Shown here: positions 49,925 through 63,974 of the stretch, in pieces
Position numbering within the stretch: the first letter of the stretch is position 1
How the letters are laid out: the number at the start of each line of letters is the position of its first letter
Origin: Marsupella aquatica
Taxonomy: Eukaryota; Plantae; Marchantiophyta
DNA length: 64,000 bases
Direction of reading: 5' to 3'
Assembly: GCA_973895155.1 (NCBI GenBank)
Contig: OZ316897.1
Coordinates: forward strand, 3,814,211 to 3,878,210
Notes under the pieces: model-generated
Database searches by the model: none
The model's input: the letters and a program-made list of their open reading frames with translations, nothing else
What the model was told of the DNA's origin: nothing
Position numbers and translations under genes: made by a program

Positions 49925-50340
49925 GGGTTAGTCTATTCAAGGTCAATCAACAGTTTGGATAGGTTAGTCTAGTCAAGGTCAATCAACAGTTTTAACAGTT
50001 TGGATCACCCAAAGGCCCTATCAAGTAACACTTTTCAGTTTAGGGTCCAATTAACAGTTTCAACAGTTTGGATCACCCAAAGGTCCTATCAAGTAACACT
50101 TTTCAGTTTAGGGTCCAATTAAGCAAACACCTCCCCAGTTTGGATAGGTTAGTCTATTCAAGGTCAACTACAACATAGATCACCCAAGGTCCTCTCAAGT
50201 TTATCAAGGAACACTTTTCATTTTGGGGTCCAATTAAGCAAACACTTCCCCCAAGGTCAATAAACAGTTTGGATCACCCAGGGTCCTTATCAAGTAACAC
50301 TTTTCATTTTTAGGGTCCAATTAAGCAAACACCTCCCCCA
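49925..50340. repeat. Compound minisatellite of shuffled modules
   Basis: Repeated modules ggttagtcta(t/g)tcaaggtcaa, acagtttggat and gatcaccca..tcaagtaacacttttca..gggtccaattaa, each present 3-4 times. Confidence 0.8.
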
Positions 50341-51614
50341 AGACCCAGGATGGTGTTTTGCCTTCTTAGTGCTCTAAGCATACCCGAAGTGTACCAGTTC
50401 TTCAAATCCGCAGAGTACACAAGATTGGAATTTGATCCACAAATCGCACTGGACTAGATGGTTCTGCTCCCAGTGTATAGTTGCAGAAGAAGACCTACAG
50501 AAGAACCATTGAATGAAATTCGTATCTTGAGACTGGAAAAATCTGCGTATCACTCTAAGGGATTCTATCCGTCACCGTATGACAACGAGATTCACTAAAA
50601 CTGACTAATGCACCCGAATATCCCCCAAAGTGAAGTGGGCCTCCATTTAAGTTTCTCGCTTTAGGAATGGACCATTTCTTGGAATTTGAACCACACCTAG
50701 CGTAAGCGTTTATTACACTATGGCAGTCTGGTGAGGTGGCCCAGTTCAGACTCATAGAAAATTCACACTGGATTTGTTCGGAGACGATGAATCTACCTCA
50801 CCCAAATAAACAGGCAGCATACGGAGTTGCCTCTATCATAAAACAAGCACCAAAAATCCTATCTTTAGGCTTCGGTAATGTCGTAGCTAGCACCGGGGTG
50901 AAGGTGATTCAAATGACAATCTAGCCACCTCCGGCTAATGAATGGAAGGAGATACTCGTCACACATGACTTCAAAGGCGGATACAAAACACACTCCCTGC
51001 TTCTCGCTCTGAAGTATTTTCTCGATGCATCAATAGTAACTGCAGCTCCAAGATTGAAGGGTGCCACATGGAGTCCCACATTGACCACAAAAGATGTGGG
51101 CGTGATTGGACAACTGTGCAGAAGAGTTCCATACGCAGCAATGCCCATAGGTGTTGTTTAGGCACACAAACTGCAGTAATCATTAGTTTCCTACGTCTCT
51201 AAGACTGCAGCGACTGGCTGGTCAGATTGTCCACCCTCACAAGTGACTAGCACACCGAGAAAATTGTCGCATGACATTTAGCAGAACTGCTGACCGTGAC
51301 AGTATTTACCGTTCTAGGGGGCTTGGGAAAAATACATCACTACATCAGAAAATGAACGTCCACTCAAAGTCGTGCATTCCTATTGACCAAGAGACCACAA
51401 AATATAAGGATCAAAATGAGTGAAACCGCTGAACTGTGCAGGGAAAAATATCCAGCGAAATCGGGATGCATGAGTCTATCCTGGTCCTATCTCATGTCCC
51501 CAAATCCCCACCTATTCTGTCAGTCTAGTCCTCTACTTAGCTGACAGGCTTGCTAGAATCCGCACATATCTTGCCACACTTCTAGGAAGCACTTCAAACT
51601 ATCTGCAGCTCACT

Positions 51615-53794
51615 TCACCGGCGGCGAACTACTGCTCGAGTCAACATTGGCTCCGATGGGCACTCCACAGCCACATGACCCCGACCACCACAGTTGTTGC
51701 ATACAATAACCTGCACGCAATCCTTGCTTTTATGCCCAGATTGCTTGCAGTTCCTGCATACTACATTGGTAAAAGGTTCACTAGGTCTTGGAACACCCAC
51801 CGCTCCTCGTGGGCAGTCACGAGCAATGTGGCCAGGTTGGCTACAACCATTGCAGACTGGGCTGTTCAGGCAGTCACGGGCTAGATGACCTGACTGGCGG
51901 CAGTTATTGCAAGCTTTCTCATTGGGGCAGTCCACTGATACATGACCCGGCCTGTAGCAATTATTGCAGAGCCGTGACTTCGGAAGGCCCATGTCTTGTG
52001 CAGCACAGCCCTTGGCAATGTGGCCCGGCTTTCCACACATATTGCATACAGGCTCATTGTGGCATTCACTCGCAATATGTCCAGGCTTCTTGCAGTTACG
52101 GCAGAGAGGTTCTGTAGGACATCCTGCTGCTATATGCCTGCTTAACCAAACATTAGGAATAACAACATCAGGAACATGGACAGAAACCATCATTCTTGCG
52201 TTAAAACGTGAGTACAGAAATTTTCCGCAATATTTCACACAGACTACCTCCCTTACTCATCAAGTTACCCGAAACGACACTATCGATAACCTGTTGCAAA
52301 CTGCAAATGTTGATGCACCAGAAAGGTTAAAAAAACCCCACCCTGAAATACCACAGTTGTTGCAAACTGAAGCATTAGGACAATCTCGGGCAAAATGTCC
52401 TGTACGCCTGCAGTTGTTACATAGCTCTAGCTGGGGCCTGTACAAGTAAAACCCAACATCAGCATCGGAAAAAGTGAAACCACTTGCTGTACCTTTAATA
52501 ACAGCTTGAGCCAGGCAGGGACTCAAAACGGAAATCGAAATGTTTTGAGTCACCAGCAAGTGGAGAACTCCTACGGGTTGACAGCCCCACAACTTGTACC
52601 TCTGCCAGAGGCTGCAATCTGATACCGTCACTCATACTAGGACCGTCCAAATTTACTACGAGTTATAACCTTGAATACTTATTTGTAGTATGTCAGAACT
52701 CAGACGCTTTGAGCAAATCAACAAAGCCCCATGGAAAAAGTAGTTCAGATCTGAACCACAACCCGGTAGTTGAAATTCACGGAAATCAAAGAGATCCTTT
52801 CACTCACGCATTGCTGCTCTTGATAAGCTCCCAAAGAAGACTCGGACCTAATTGACTTGTAAGCTGAGTCTGGCCCCAATACGAAAAAATTCAAACAAAA
52901 AAGTACAGCTCTCACATCCAGCAGATATGACAGTTTCCAGGTAAAACGGCTCTTAAGTAAACGAAATTTACTCTGAAATAACACCCACTTCAGTGTCACC
53001 GATAGCAATTCAGTCAACAGTGCTCAGTGCATAGCTCACTTTGACGTCATGAATACTAATACTACAGACTTGGTCCAGGGACTAACATGGACCGAATCCT
53101 GTGCTGTGTGTTATGACAAAAAACTTACCTCTTCATCAAAACTCATCAAAGCAATCAATCTGACTTCTTCGGCACATTTGCCAAGTGTTTCCCGACCTAC
53201 TACCGGTGATCCAACCACCATCACCGTGATTAGGAGGTCGCAGCAAAACTGGCCAACGACGCTAACAGCACCTCTGCTAGGAATATTTAAGCAACTTACA
53301 TCTTTACTTCAGCTTCAGCATTTCAGCTTCATACAGACTTCCTCCACACCAAAAATTAAAGTCCCCAACATAAACAACACCCAACTCCCTTCACCACCTC
53401 CCATCCTCCAAAAATGACCTTCCATCTTTGATGACCTCCCTCCCCAGCATCACACACAGACTCCACCCTTGAAAATCTCCGGAATACAGTTCCGAGATCC
53501 CCCCTTTCACAAGAAATGCTCCCTGGGACCCTCCCTTCTTGGATTCTTCCCTTCAGGCAACATTCCTCGGCCACATAGAACAGTTGATGCAGTCCAGATC
53601 CATGGATGGGACAATCACCTGGGAGGCGGACGAGCAAAGCCATTCTTCTCACGGGGGAAAACTTTGTATGGCACATTGCGGCGAAATGCTCTTTTGCCGA
53701 CAATGCCACTCTGAATGCGGCGGGACGAACGGGACGTCAGGTCGTCCAGACTCATCCCAAGTTTGGCCTGAGTATCCAGCACTTGAACCGACAT
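51615..53794 (-). CDS. CNBP/GIS2-like zinc-knuckle protein with 9 CCHC repeats; exons 53794-53619, 52437-52342, 52137-51615 (~264 aa)
   Basis: Nine C-x2-C-x4-H-x4-C knuckles. The exon 2/3 junction rebuilds CNNCGISG|HIAAGC. The exon 1 donor (CCC AG|gtgatt) is phase-compatible with the exon 2 acceptor. Exon 1 is less certain than exons 2-3. Confidence 0.85.
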
Positions 53795-54955
53795 GAACAC
53801 CTCCGTTAAACGACCCCTTGAAGATAAAAGAAAGGAGCTACGAGGCTCCTCTGGTCTCCGAAAAAATCTACGCCTCCAAATCCTCCCTCCACTTGCTCCG
53901 CTCCAAAAAATAAGCCTGACCCCTTCAGTGAGGACAAGAATACTGCATAGGCACTAGATTTAGTTGGAGTAATAAACCCGGTCGGTACGGACGATCTTCA
54001 TTGTAGCTTACTGACAGATCAGAACTCATACGTATTTCCAATTTGAAGCAATCTATCAACAGCTATGCCACTTCCACCATTATTGTAGTTGTATTAGGCC
54101 TACAAAGTTTCTCCAAGGCACCCATTCACACGATACCTCAGTTTTCTTTTCCGCACCGTTTTTCTTCCTTCTTCCACCTCCTACTCCATCTTCCTCTCCA
54201 CTGCGCACTCCGCCTGCCTGTCTGCGTGCCTTCTGTCTCCTCGTCCGTCTCCTTCCTCTCTCCCCGCACACAATCTCCGCCCTCTCCAATTCGATCTGCT
54301 CCACCTGCCTGCCTGTCGTCTCTTCCCCTCCTCACCGCATTGATGAATGCAAAGAACGGAACGACCCTCCCTTCGTCCACTCAACCTCCTCCTCCTCCTC
54401 CTGCCTGTCTCTCCAAACCAAAACCCCCGGTTCAAATCAAATCAATGCACAACCTAAAAAAATATCATCAACGACCATCCCTCACTCCACTCTCATTCAC
54501 CTTTCGTCACAACTCTCAATAACAATCCGCAAACTTGGAAAACAAAAACCTCCACCGCCCTCCTTCCTCCATTCCCCACTTCCGTATTTCCGAACACCCT
54601 CCATTCAAATCACTGCGCCCACCATCATCGGACCACAGCAAACCCGAAACGAACTTCCCGATCACATACCGAGCAGAGTAGAGTACCGACGACGGCTCTG
54701 ATCCGGCAGCACGCACCCGCCTCCCTCCTATTTAGAATTCTCTCCTCCTCCTCCTCCTCCTCCTCCCTCGCTTTCCAACTCCACACGTAGAAAGAAAGAA
54801 CTCCGCGCGCTTGACGCAAACCCTCGATACAGAGAGACAGGAGGGACACGAGTTCGAGAAGACTAGGACTTCGACAGCAACAGAAGAACAGTAGAACAGA
54901 AGAAGTAGGAGGAGGTGGAGGAGGAGGAGGAGGAGAGCAAGAAGGGAAACCGTCA

Positions 54956-55427
54956 GCCCTACCCTCAAAATGTGCGAAACGGAAAGCGCGTCGATGCGCG
55001 GATGGACCTCTACGTTCCGCCGAACTACTCCCATGGACCAATTGTTTTGTAATAGAAGAAGACAAAGCACCAATGTCTTACTATACTGTATTACACTACA
55101 CTACACTAAACTACTATACTATACTAGACTAGACTAGACTAGACTAGACTAGACTATACTATACCATACTATACTATACTATACTATACTATACTACAAT
55201 ATACTATACTACAATATACTATACTATACTATACTATACTATACTATACTATACTGTGCAAGCAACAAGAGAAGCTAGTGTAAGGCTAGGCCCTACCCTC
55301 AAATGTGTGAAACGGAAAGCACGTCGATGCGGGGATGGAATGCTAGGTTTCGCTGAACTACTCCCATGGACCAATTATTTTGTAAGAAAAGAAGACAAAG
55401 CACCAATGTCTTACTATACTATACTAT
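54956..55427. repeat. ~130-bp direct repeats, each ending in a CTATA-type microsatellite; the first tail is expanded to ~175 bp (55080-55255)
   Basis: gccctaccctcaaa.tgtg.gaaacggaaagc...gaagacaaagcaccaatgtcttactatact at ~54956 and ~55290. The pentamer array mixes CTATA, CTAGA and CTACA. Confidence 0.88.
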
Positions 55428-55584
55428 TGACCAAATGGACCACTGGGTTCCACTAAATGACTTTGTGGACCAAGTAACTTTGTTTTGTTTCAAAGATCTT
55501 CAACTACTATAGCCAATGGTATATATCTTCTAAGAGTTCTCAATAGTTTTCTTCCACTTCCAAGCACAGAGGTGGGTGCCCTAA

Positions 55585-56000
55585 GGGTGGCTTTACAAGA
55601 CCTTAGGTGCACTTAATAGGACTTTTTTCCACCACTGCAAACTGGAGGGCCAGTTCTTGTTCTAGACATAGACTCCCTACTAAAGATCTTTGAAATTAAC
55701 TTCAATAAGTGCAATTCCCTTGAATGAAAGAGCCAAAGTAGGGAATGTTTGGATCTATTTGGACCACCTCCACTCTAAAAGTTTAGACAAAAGAAGCTGC
55801 ACTTCATATCAACATTAACTTGAGCCCACTGCTTGCCATGTATGATCAGTAGATACCATACCCATACAGGCCCCTGAGTTCTTGTAAAGTTGAGTGCAAC
55901 CATTTCCACTCATTATATGGTCCACATTGAATGAGGGGGGACCATATAATGAGAAATTAGACAGAAGGCCATGGGCCCTACTAATCTTGTAAAGCCACCC
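55585..56000. mobile_element. PIF/Harbinger (Tourist-like) MITE, 416 bp
   Basis: Perfect 16-bp TIRs GGGTGGCTTTACAAGA / TCTTGTAAAGCCACCC, flanked by a TAA target-site duplication (55582-84 and 56001-03). Confidence 0.9.
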
Positions 56001-57304
56001 TAAGTGTGAAGGGGACCAAACTTTAACCATCACTCAGTATCTGAAACACCAAAATTATCTACTGCAGGTTTTACAAGACGTAGGCATCCCAGCTGTATAT
56101 AGGAGAGTAGAGGGAGAGGAGTTTGAGGATGGAGGGTGAAGTGGAATTTGGAGTCACTGTGAGCAAGGGAGGTACTTAGCAAGGGTTCTCGAGTGGGTAA
56201 ATGCTGCTTTCCAAGGAACTTCTGCAGGGTGATGCATTTTGGGGTGAAAGGAACTATGGGGCGGGGAAAAGAGCTCACAGAGCTAAAAGCTCATCTGTTC
56301 CAAAAATCCAGATGGATCCAGGTCACCACCACAATTAGTCAATAATGGTCTTACCAAAGGAACAAAATCCAACAGCTTCGGGGAGAATGGCTGCTCTCAG
56401 AGGCTGGTAATCACACATCAAAATGTGGCTGCATCACTCAGAGGCTGGTAATCACACATCAAAATGTGACTGCATCATTGATTGAAAGAAAAAAAACTAG
56501 GGTTATCACAGTATGCAGGGGGTCATACATCGTGTATGTCATATTTTGATGTGCAGTTACCAAGACACTAACTTTTGGGGGATGCCCTTGTCTTTTGATA
56601 TGCACTTAACAAGACCCTAACTTTTGGGGGTGACCTTGTCGGACTCTGACAGCTTCAGACTGGAATAGTTTCCAAGTGTGTTGGAGACTGAAAGTGTGCA
56701 TTGAGGGTTGAGGTTTAAGAAGTAAAACGTTCAAGTTTAATGGCTTAAAGCATCCAGAAAACCTGCTTGTAGCCCAGGATTAAAGTAAAGCTCTTCAGTT
56801 ATTTTCCACGAGAACACTTTTATCCCATCCCATACTCTATAAGAGGTACAAGTCTTTGGAACATTTGTATATTGAAATTCTCGATCCTGACCATTGTTTT
56901 AAAGATCAAATGCGTCCAGCGTGCTAGTCCCAACACAATTCTAATTATCAACGAAGAAGTGGAACGAGTAAAAAACAACAATATACATCTGAAAAGAATT
57001 TTTACTTTGTTATCCCCCAAGTGGAGACATCGGTGCTTGGCTAATCTGTCAAAAGTGACATCCCTTGCTACTCCATCATGAGACAACTATATGCCTTGCC
57101 ATCCAGTTCACACTTCAGTCGTTCTGTTGGCAAGACACATACTTGTCTCAGGATTTTCAGATCCAGCAGAGTGTTAAAGTTCATACGCACAAGGCTTCTG
57201 CATGTACTTGAAGTTGACAAGGCAATGAAGATCTGGAAATAATGGTTGATAGCAGTCTTGCTGCAGAGGGCGTCTTAGGTAAAATGACCCAAGATTTGTT
57301 TCTA

Positions 57305-60300
57305 TCAGCAGAGTTCCTCTAAGTAGGTCTGTAGTTCTGAAACATTTCTTAAGCCGATAACTTCCCTATCTTCAGGCGTATACTCTGCTTCCAGAATTGC
57401 TTGGACTTGCCCATGGGCCTCAATTACATTTGATCTGCAGCGAATGCACAACAATCAGCATAACCTATCTCTACAAACTTTACAGCATAACGCGAGGTTC
57501 TCACTATCACGATTGCGAGAGAAAAACAAACAAGATAACTGAACAAACAGTTGGGATCCAAGATGGAAAGCACTCACTTAATAGGCTTGAATAGGATTGC
57601 ACGAGTAGATGAATTCTGTAAATACAGCTTCATCTTTTGCAAGACTCCAGGCAACATATCCCTCAAACTGTCATTCACCTGCAATTTGAGAGGTAAAAGA
57701 TTAGCTTCCTTCACATCGCCATTAACCAGAACCTAGCCAACAATCTTGAATGGAAGGGGAAGCGTTCCCACCGTTGAGACCATCTCAGCAACCTTCTCAG
57801 TCGTTGCAAACGCTTGTTCTTTGAGCGCTTTTGATGAATCTGACTGACGAGTCCTGGTCACACCTGCTGAGGAGGCCTTGGTAGCTGTTACCTGAATACG
57901 ATACACACAGCAAGCTCTTGAATTTAGACAAGAATCTGGCAAAGTGGGAAGTTGAAATCGTTCATCGATCCACATACAACGGAAAAGTCGGAGTTTAGGG
58001 TTCAAGATGCAGTCATTACCTTTGTGATGAAGGAGAGCATGGGCTCCACTGCCAACTTTGTGACAGACATGATGAATACCTCACATGTGAGCTTCAGATT
58101 CTTTTCAAGCTCCTGAAGGCCAACAGAATAGTTACTTCATTGTTTGAGGTACAGGTTTCGCAGTATATAATATATAGGTTTTGCTATATATGATATTGAT
58201 TCCAGAACTCTCAACAGGAACATCTTTTCTTCATAGCTAGGAAAACCGACCTAGGTAAGGTTTTGGCAAGAAGTCCCAAGCCTTTCACCGGGTCATTATC
58301 GTGAACGGTTGTGCTTACGAGTGGAGAAAACCCTAACATTCCACTATAGCAAGGAAGTAGTCATTCAATTTTCTCTTCACCTTTTTGGCATCCACATGCT
58401 GTTCTAGGACACGTGGGGAGAATGTCCGCGCAAGAGAATTTCTGGTAGTAAAGTCAAACACAGGAGTTTGCCCCCTGAAAAAGCGACGGAGGTGGTCCTA
58501 CAGCCATCATCCAATGGGCCACCCTTAGACAAAAAGAACTAGTAATCAAGCAAACGTTTAAGTTGCTGGAAACGATACCACTGCTCGAGCATCAGGAGAT
58601 TTCAAACTTTACAACACAAAAATCTCTGAACTAAAATGTCAGATACAACCTACGCAATCTCAGTTGAGAGACTAAAGATAAAGCTATAACACTACTAGTC
58701 TGCAAAGCAAAGATTTACACCGACAGGAAAAAGGAAAACCATTCACCAGTATGTGTGTGAAATCCAGCTCCTTGTGTGTTACTGCGAATTCGATGTCGAA
58801 AGGGGCAATCTAGGTAGACATGACAGATGGATCTCAATCTGTTAATCCACCCTAAAACTCAAGGTGAAAGATCAACGACGAAACATCTATTGACAAGCAC
58901 TCTATCTCGTATAGAGTTGATTGACAGTCTGTTAAGGTGGCACGGATTACAAACCTGTTCACGAAGTACGAGCAAATGCTTGATCAAAAATAGCTGTCCA
59001 TCCATCGGAGATGACTGTCTTGATATTGTCTTGCTCGCACGCTAGACATGGTGGTAAGAGTGTTCAAAATTAGAGGAATGATTACACATAGAGACAAGTT
59101 TGAAACGGTAGACAGCTACGGTGATTCTAACAACAAATCTCTGGTGTACTTCAATTTTTACGGTGGATTTTTCAAAGACGACTGAGCAAAATATATCATA
59201 GAATGAACTGAACAAGCTTAAAGAGTTACCTGAATGGATATAGAACAGACTCCAACTGCATCCTAAGAGGATTTTCGAACAAAACATCATCCCAAGAGAC
59301 CAAATCATGTGATCAGAGGATTTTCGAACAAAACAATCGACCACAAAGGAGCCGTAAGTGCTAGCCATCCATAATAAAGCAAGCGATGAACAGATCTTCA
59401 ATTCAAAACCAAATTCAAGCACTCTAAGGAGACTGGGATAGGAATTGTCCACACTTCCCATCAGGACGTGGAATAGAAAGTACAGAGCGGATGTAAGCCA
59501 ATAATAGTGAATTACAACTCGACAACGGGAGAAGATTACCTGTGCTAACCCAGTAAAGATAGCCGGTTCGATGCAACGATAGAGTTTAGAGAGGCAGGAC
59601 AAAGTTTTCTCAAGTGGAGGGTACCATGCAGTGTATGAGTTCAGGAGTTCATCCTCCTTCAAACACATCAGCAAATACTTCACGTTAAGTACAGCAACTT
59701 TTAAAGAACTCTCGTACCATGACCATAAGGGAGAAATTTTCAGCGACGAGACTGACGAACAAACAACCATTCATCTACAGGTTCTAAAGCCCCTCTGAAG
59801 GAAAAATAGTAGCAGAGGCAAGTCAATCAAACCTCAGAGTCACCAGCTTCTGCAGTGCCCTCCAATTTGGCGGGGTAATCCAAGTCTTCAGTTGATGGCA
59901 AATAATTTGCAATCTATTTGGTGTGAACAGAAATGCACCTTAAATTAAAAACTGAAAAATGACCTCGGTTTAGAGGTGAACGAAATGTGTTAACCATTAA
60001 TGTCACCGTTTGAAAGATTGCCAGCTGCCGCAACTGCATTTACTTAATACCTCATCACGCATATATGTCTGGGCTCGAAATGTAAGCCTTTCTTGTACAT
60101 CACCAAGAATTCGCAAAATGGTGGGACGAAGTCCTGCAGCAGAGTCTCCTCGACGCCCCAGGTGCTCGTCCAGTACCTCAACCTTCAGAATGTCAATGAG
60201 CTCACAGAGAAGATCTAAATCAGCTTCATGTATCAACCTTGGTCGTAGAGTGTCATAGAGGGCCGTACACCTGGACATACCCAGGAAACAGAATTGTATA

Positions 60301-63300
60301 GTCAGTAGAATGAACCAACAGCATCTACTTCAAGATTAAGCGAGACACAAGGGTGCCTTAAGGTCAAGCACCCAAAGAAACGTCTAATGGTCAATAAATT
60401 GGTGGGACTGTAAATTTCTGAGGTATGTGACCACTTTTCAACTCAGATACTCTGACTTGCACTATGCATTTTCCTACAGCATTTGCTTCTGTTGTCTGCG
60501 ATACACCAATTCTAGTAGTTGTTTAACTAGGTAAGACGATCCAATGAAAAGGCACGGGCATCTATGAGACCGCGTGCTTTAAACATACATAATATTACTT
60601 TCTCAGATCAAGAATTCAGTTGTAGGCGAGGTTCTTTTCATCCTGACGCCAACACTTCTTTTGTGGAAACAAAGATAGTTTTTCGAGCACAGTCTTGAAA
60701 TCAGAGTATACCATAAATCACAGCAACGCAATCTGAGGTAGAAATCTTACAGGGGGTCAACAAGGGGAGCAAGAGTGGCTGCCTCGCTAGACGATGAGGG
60801 GAAGAAGTGATCAAAAAGAGAATGCTCAAGTTGGCAAACCTGCAATAGTACAAGACAACGAAGTGCCATGATAAGCACCATCACAACAAGTTGGTGAGCT
60901 GTTCCTCCAGAACCATTCTGAACTAGATGAAGACTGTATTCGTAGCCCAAAACAACCCGTAAATTACACTGAGCAATCGAGCATCATCTGACTATCTGCT
61001 CAAAGACAGCACTACATACTCACCTGCATAAGATATGCACAACCAGATCTCGTCAAAGATGACAGCTGTTCTTTCTTTGCATAATCTGATATTCGCTGCG
61101 CAACCACTCCTTGTACCTATAGACCAACAAATAATGGGATCAAGACACAACAATCAAAGAAGCTTACAAATAAGTACAGCTAACCACACGAATCCCTTCA
61201 AATGTGCAGCGATTACACACAAAAACAAGCCTGGAACCAAAATGAAGTGACCATCTGGGAAGATTGAGTGGAAAAGTCGACCACTTCAATTGCAACACGT
61301 TCTCAAGCTAGAAAATACTTAATTTCGTAGCCTAATACACAAAATTTATTAACGCGTCAAAATTCATTCTATTGAATACAATTCCACGGATATCTGGAAT
61401 AGCTGTGCTTCGATGAGTACCAAAGATAATCTTTGTTCACAATACAAAGTGTGACAATCTGTCAGGACTTGACCATACTCCTTGCTTTTAGCTCTGCTCT
61501 CAATGGCCTCCATAAGCAGTTTCAGCTGCAAAGACAAGGCAAGGGTATAGATCACACATTTGATAAACAGAGGATACCAAACTCAGCGAGTAGAAATTTG
61601 GGTTCATTAGAATTCTTCAGCAAACCGACAGCCCACCCTACATACACGTTACCTGCACATTAAGTAGACTGCTTCTATTTCCTGCATTAAAGATACCAAA
61701 GTTGATCTAATCAATGGATACATTGAGAATGACACAGGTGACCTCACATTTGCACTAAGATGGATCATCTGCCATCCGAGACACGTTGCTCGAGAATTAT
61801 TCTGCCGTAGGGTAATCTAAAATCTGAAAATGACTGGCAAAATTAATGTGGAGCTACTTTTACAGGTCACGTAAGGAGGAACATTTCGAGGTACTTTGAG
61901 CGAAGTTGAGGTCACAGTCCCTGAGGACCTCGTCATCTCAAAGGTCACAAAATGGACAGAGGCTCTGGAGTAGCGTTCATAATATCGACAATCCGAACGA
62001 CAACCTCTCGTATAATGCTCAAAAACAAAGCAGGACCGGGGAAATATTCTTGTGAAGGCACGTCACATCCCATATCAAACTGTACAGTACCTCACTAGCT
62101 GCAGCTTCAAATCGGACATACAGGACAGATGTCTCTGCGCCTTCTGAGAGGGATATTTTGCTATTTCCACCAGTACTGTCTTTAATGGCTGCTTGCACCT
62201 GAGTTGAAGACACCTCAATGGTCATCATGCAAATTAAAAGAGGAAAATCCCAAAACAGTTAATAGCTGCCCATCCCCGCTTTCGCGTTTAATAAATGCAC
62301 TGCAGTGTCTGCAAAACAAAGACGAAGTGAACAAGGAGAATTCCTACTCTGAAAGAAGTAATGAAATACGATACCTGGGCTGAAGAATTTCTAAGCACGG
62401 TGAGCACATGTGTACGAACCATCCCGAGAGCCCTAGACTGTGCATAACCACGAAGAGTCTCAACTCAATGCAACTTACGTGAACTTGGGCATCCGAGCGA
62501 TGTAGATAAATATAATTGACAGTAATTCGCCCGAATAAATTGCGGAACGTCGCGCAAAGTCAACTGTTTTAGATCTCAAACGAACTTTGCAATCTTTCAA
62601 ACAAAGAGCTCCGCCAGATATAGGTCATTTCCTGTCCCTTCGCAAAGACAACAATCTTCACGACCTCACCTACTGCTCATATTTAGGTCTACCTGCAATA
62701 AGCTACATATAACCAGATTATTTACCTGAAGTTGTTGAAATTTAACCAGATAGACAGATGAATCTGCATACTGAGGATGACTTCCGACGTACCTGTGGCC
62801 AGCAAACAATTATAAGTATGCACACAAACCAGATTCTTGAATTCTAGTTACTTGAAAACTACTGAAAAACACTAGGGCTCAATAAAATCGAAATTAAACG
62901 TTACGTAATTCGTGGCTTTAATGGCATTCTGCAACCAAGGCGAGTTTGACTTACGAAAGGCATTCATCCAGCCGTTTTAATAATGGTAGAAAGCGAGGGC
63001 TAGCGACGCTCATACTCGGAGCATAGAACTGGTTCGCAATCTGTTGGATGTACAGCATTCTAAATTGTCAGCAGATGTCCAAAATTAGGTTAACTATGTT
63101 CCACTGTATCATGTTGAGAACCACCATTCAAATTTTGAGAAATGCTGCTCGAAAATCGAGGGAAAGTTGTTTAACACAAAAAGTTCCGAACTAAATGAAG
63201 TGAATGTTGAGCGAAGAGTGAAAGAGCGCAATGACAAAGACTCCCTCTTTATGACAAGCTGCTATTCTGCGATAGGACAAACTTAAAGACTACTTCGTGG

Positions 63301-63974
63301 CGATAAAGTCTTAAAAATTGATCCATTCACTGCAGATAGGAAGGTCTACGTTTTCCAGCTCATCGAAATAATTGAGCTTATTTCTCAAGGCATCTGCAAA
63401 CTCCACCAGCCTTTCCTTTTCCATCACCTGTCACCCAGACCAAGAAGGAAAGGTCACTCCCCGATGAGAATTCAAACCATGTTCTGAGCATATTCCCCAA
63501 ATCGTCCCCTCCTTTGACAATCTATGAGCTATAGATTACTTTGACAATCTATGAGCATTTTGAATGCATTAAAAAACATCACTCCCAGGATCACACAATC
63601 CTAACGATTCCGGAGAACAATCGGAGAATCATTTCTTGAAAACCATAGAAACATTTGGTCGGAAGTGCAGATAGAATAAAACCCCCACTCCGCTTATCTC
63701 TATTTACTAAAGACTGTTTTAACCGATTTGATGTTGCTATTTACAGTTAACGGAGAGGTGCTTGCTGCTTATATACATATCAGAACCATAAGCGGTGGGA
63801 TATCAGAAGAAAAGGAATTGATAAATAGGAACGCAAAATGTTTTCAGGCTCTCAATAAAATGTAGAATACAAACGTACCAATCTCTCGCAGGCATCATGT
63901 AGTGTCTTGGTTTTTATGGCAACTTCTTGATGTTGTGCTTGTAAATCATCGAAGCGAGATAAGGAACTATCTAG
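57305..63974 (-). CDS. COG3: Conserved oligomeric Golgi complex subunit 3 (Sec34); about 20 exons visible, 5' end beyond the window
   Basis: Spliced peptides [107 protein letters not shown], the 33-bp microexon [11 protein letters not shown] (59262-59230), [31 protein letters not shown], and C-terminus LQTYLEELC* (stop at 57305). Confidence 0.95.

Noticed and set aside
54043-55073. Pro/Ser/Glu-rich ORFs
   Set aside because: Low-complexity CT/GA tracts in the probable 5' UTR, intron or promoter of the zinc-knuckle gene.
59042-59770. 242-aa ORF as a standalone gene
   Set aside because: It is a COG3 exon plus intronic read-through.
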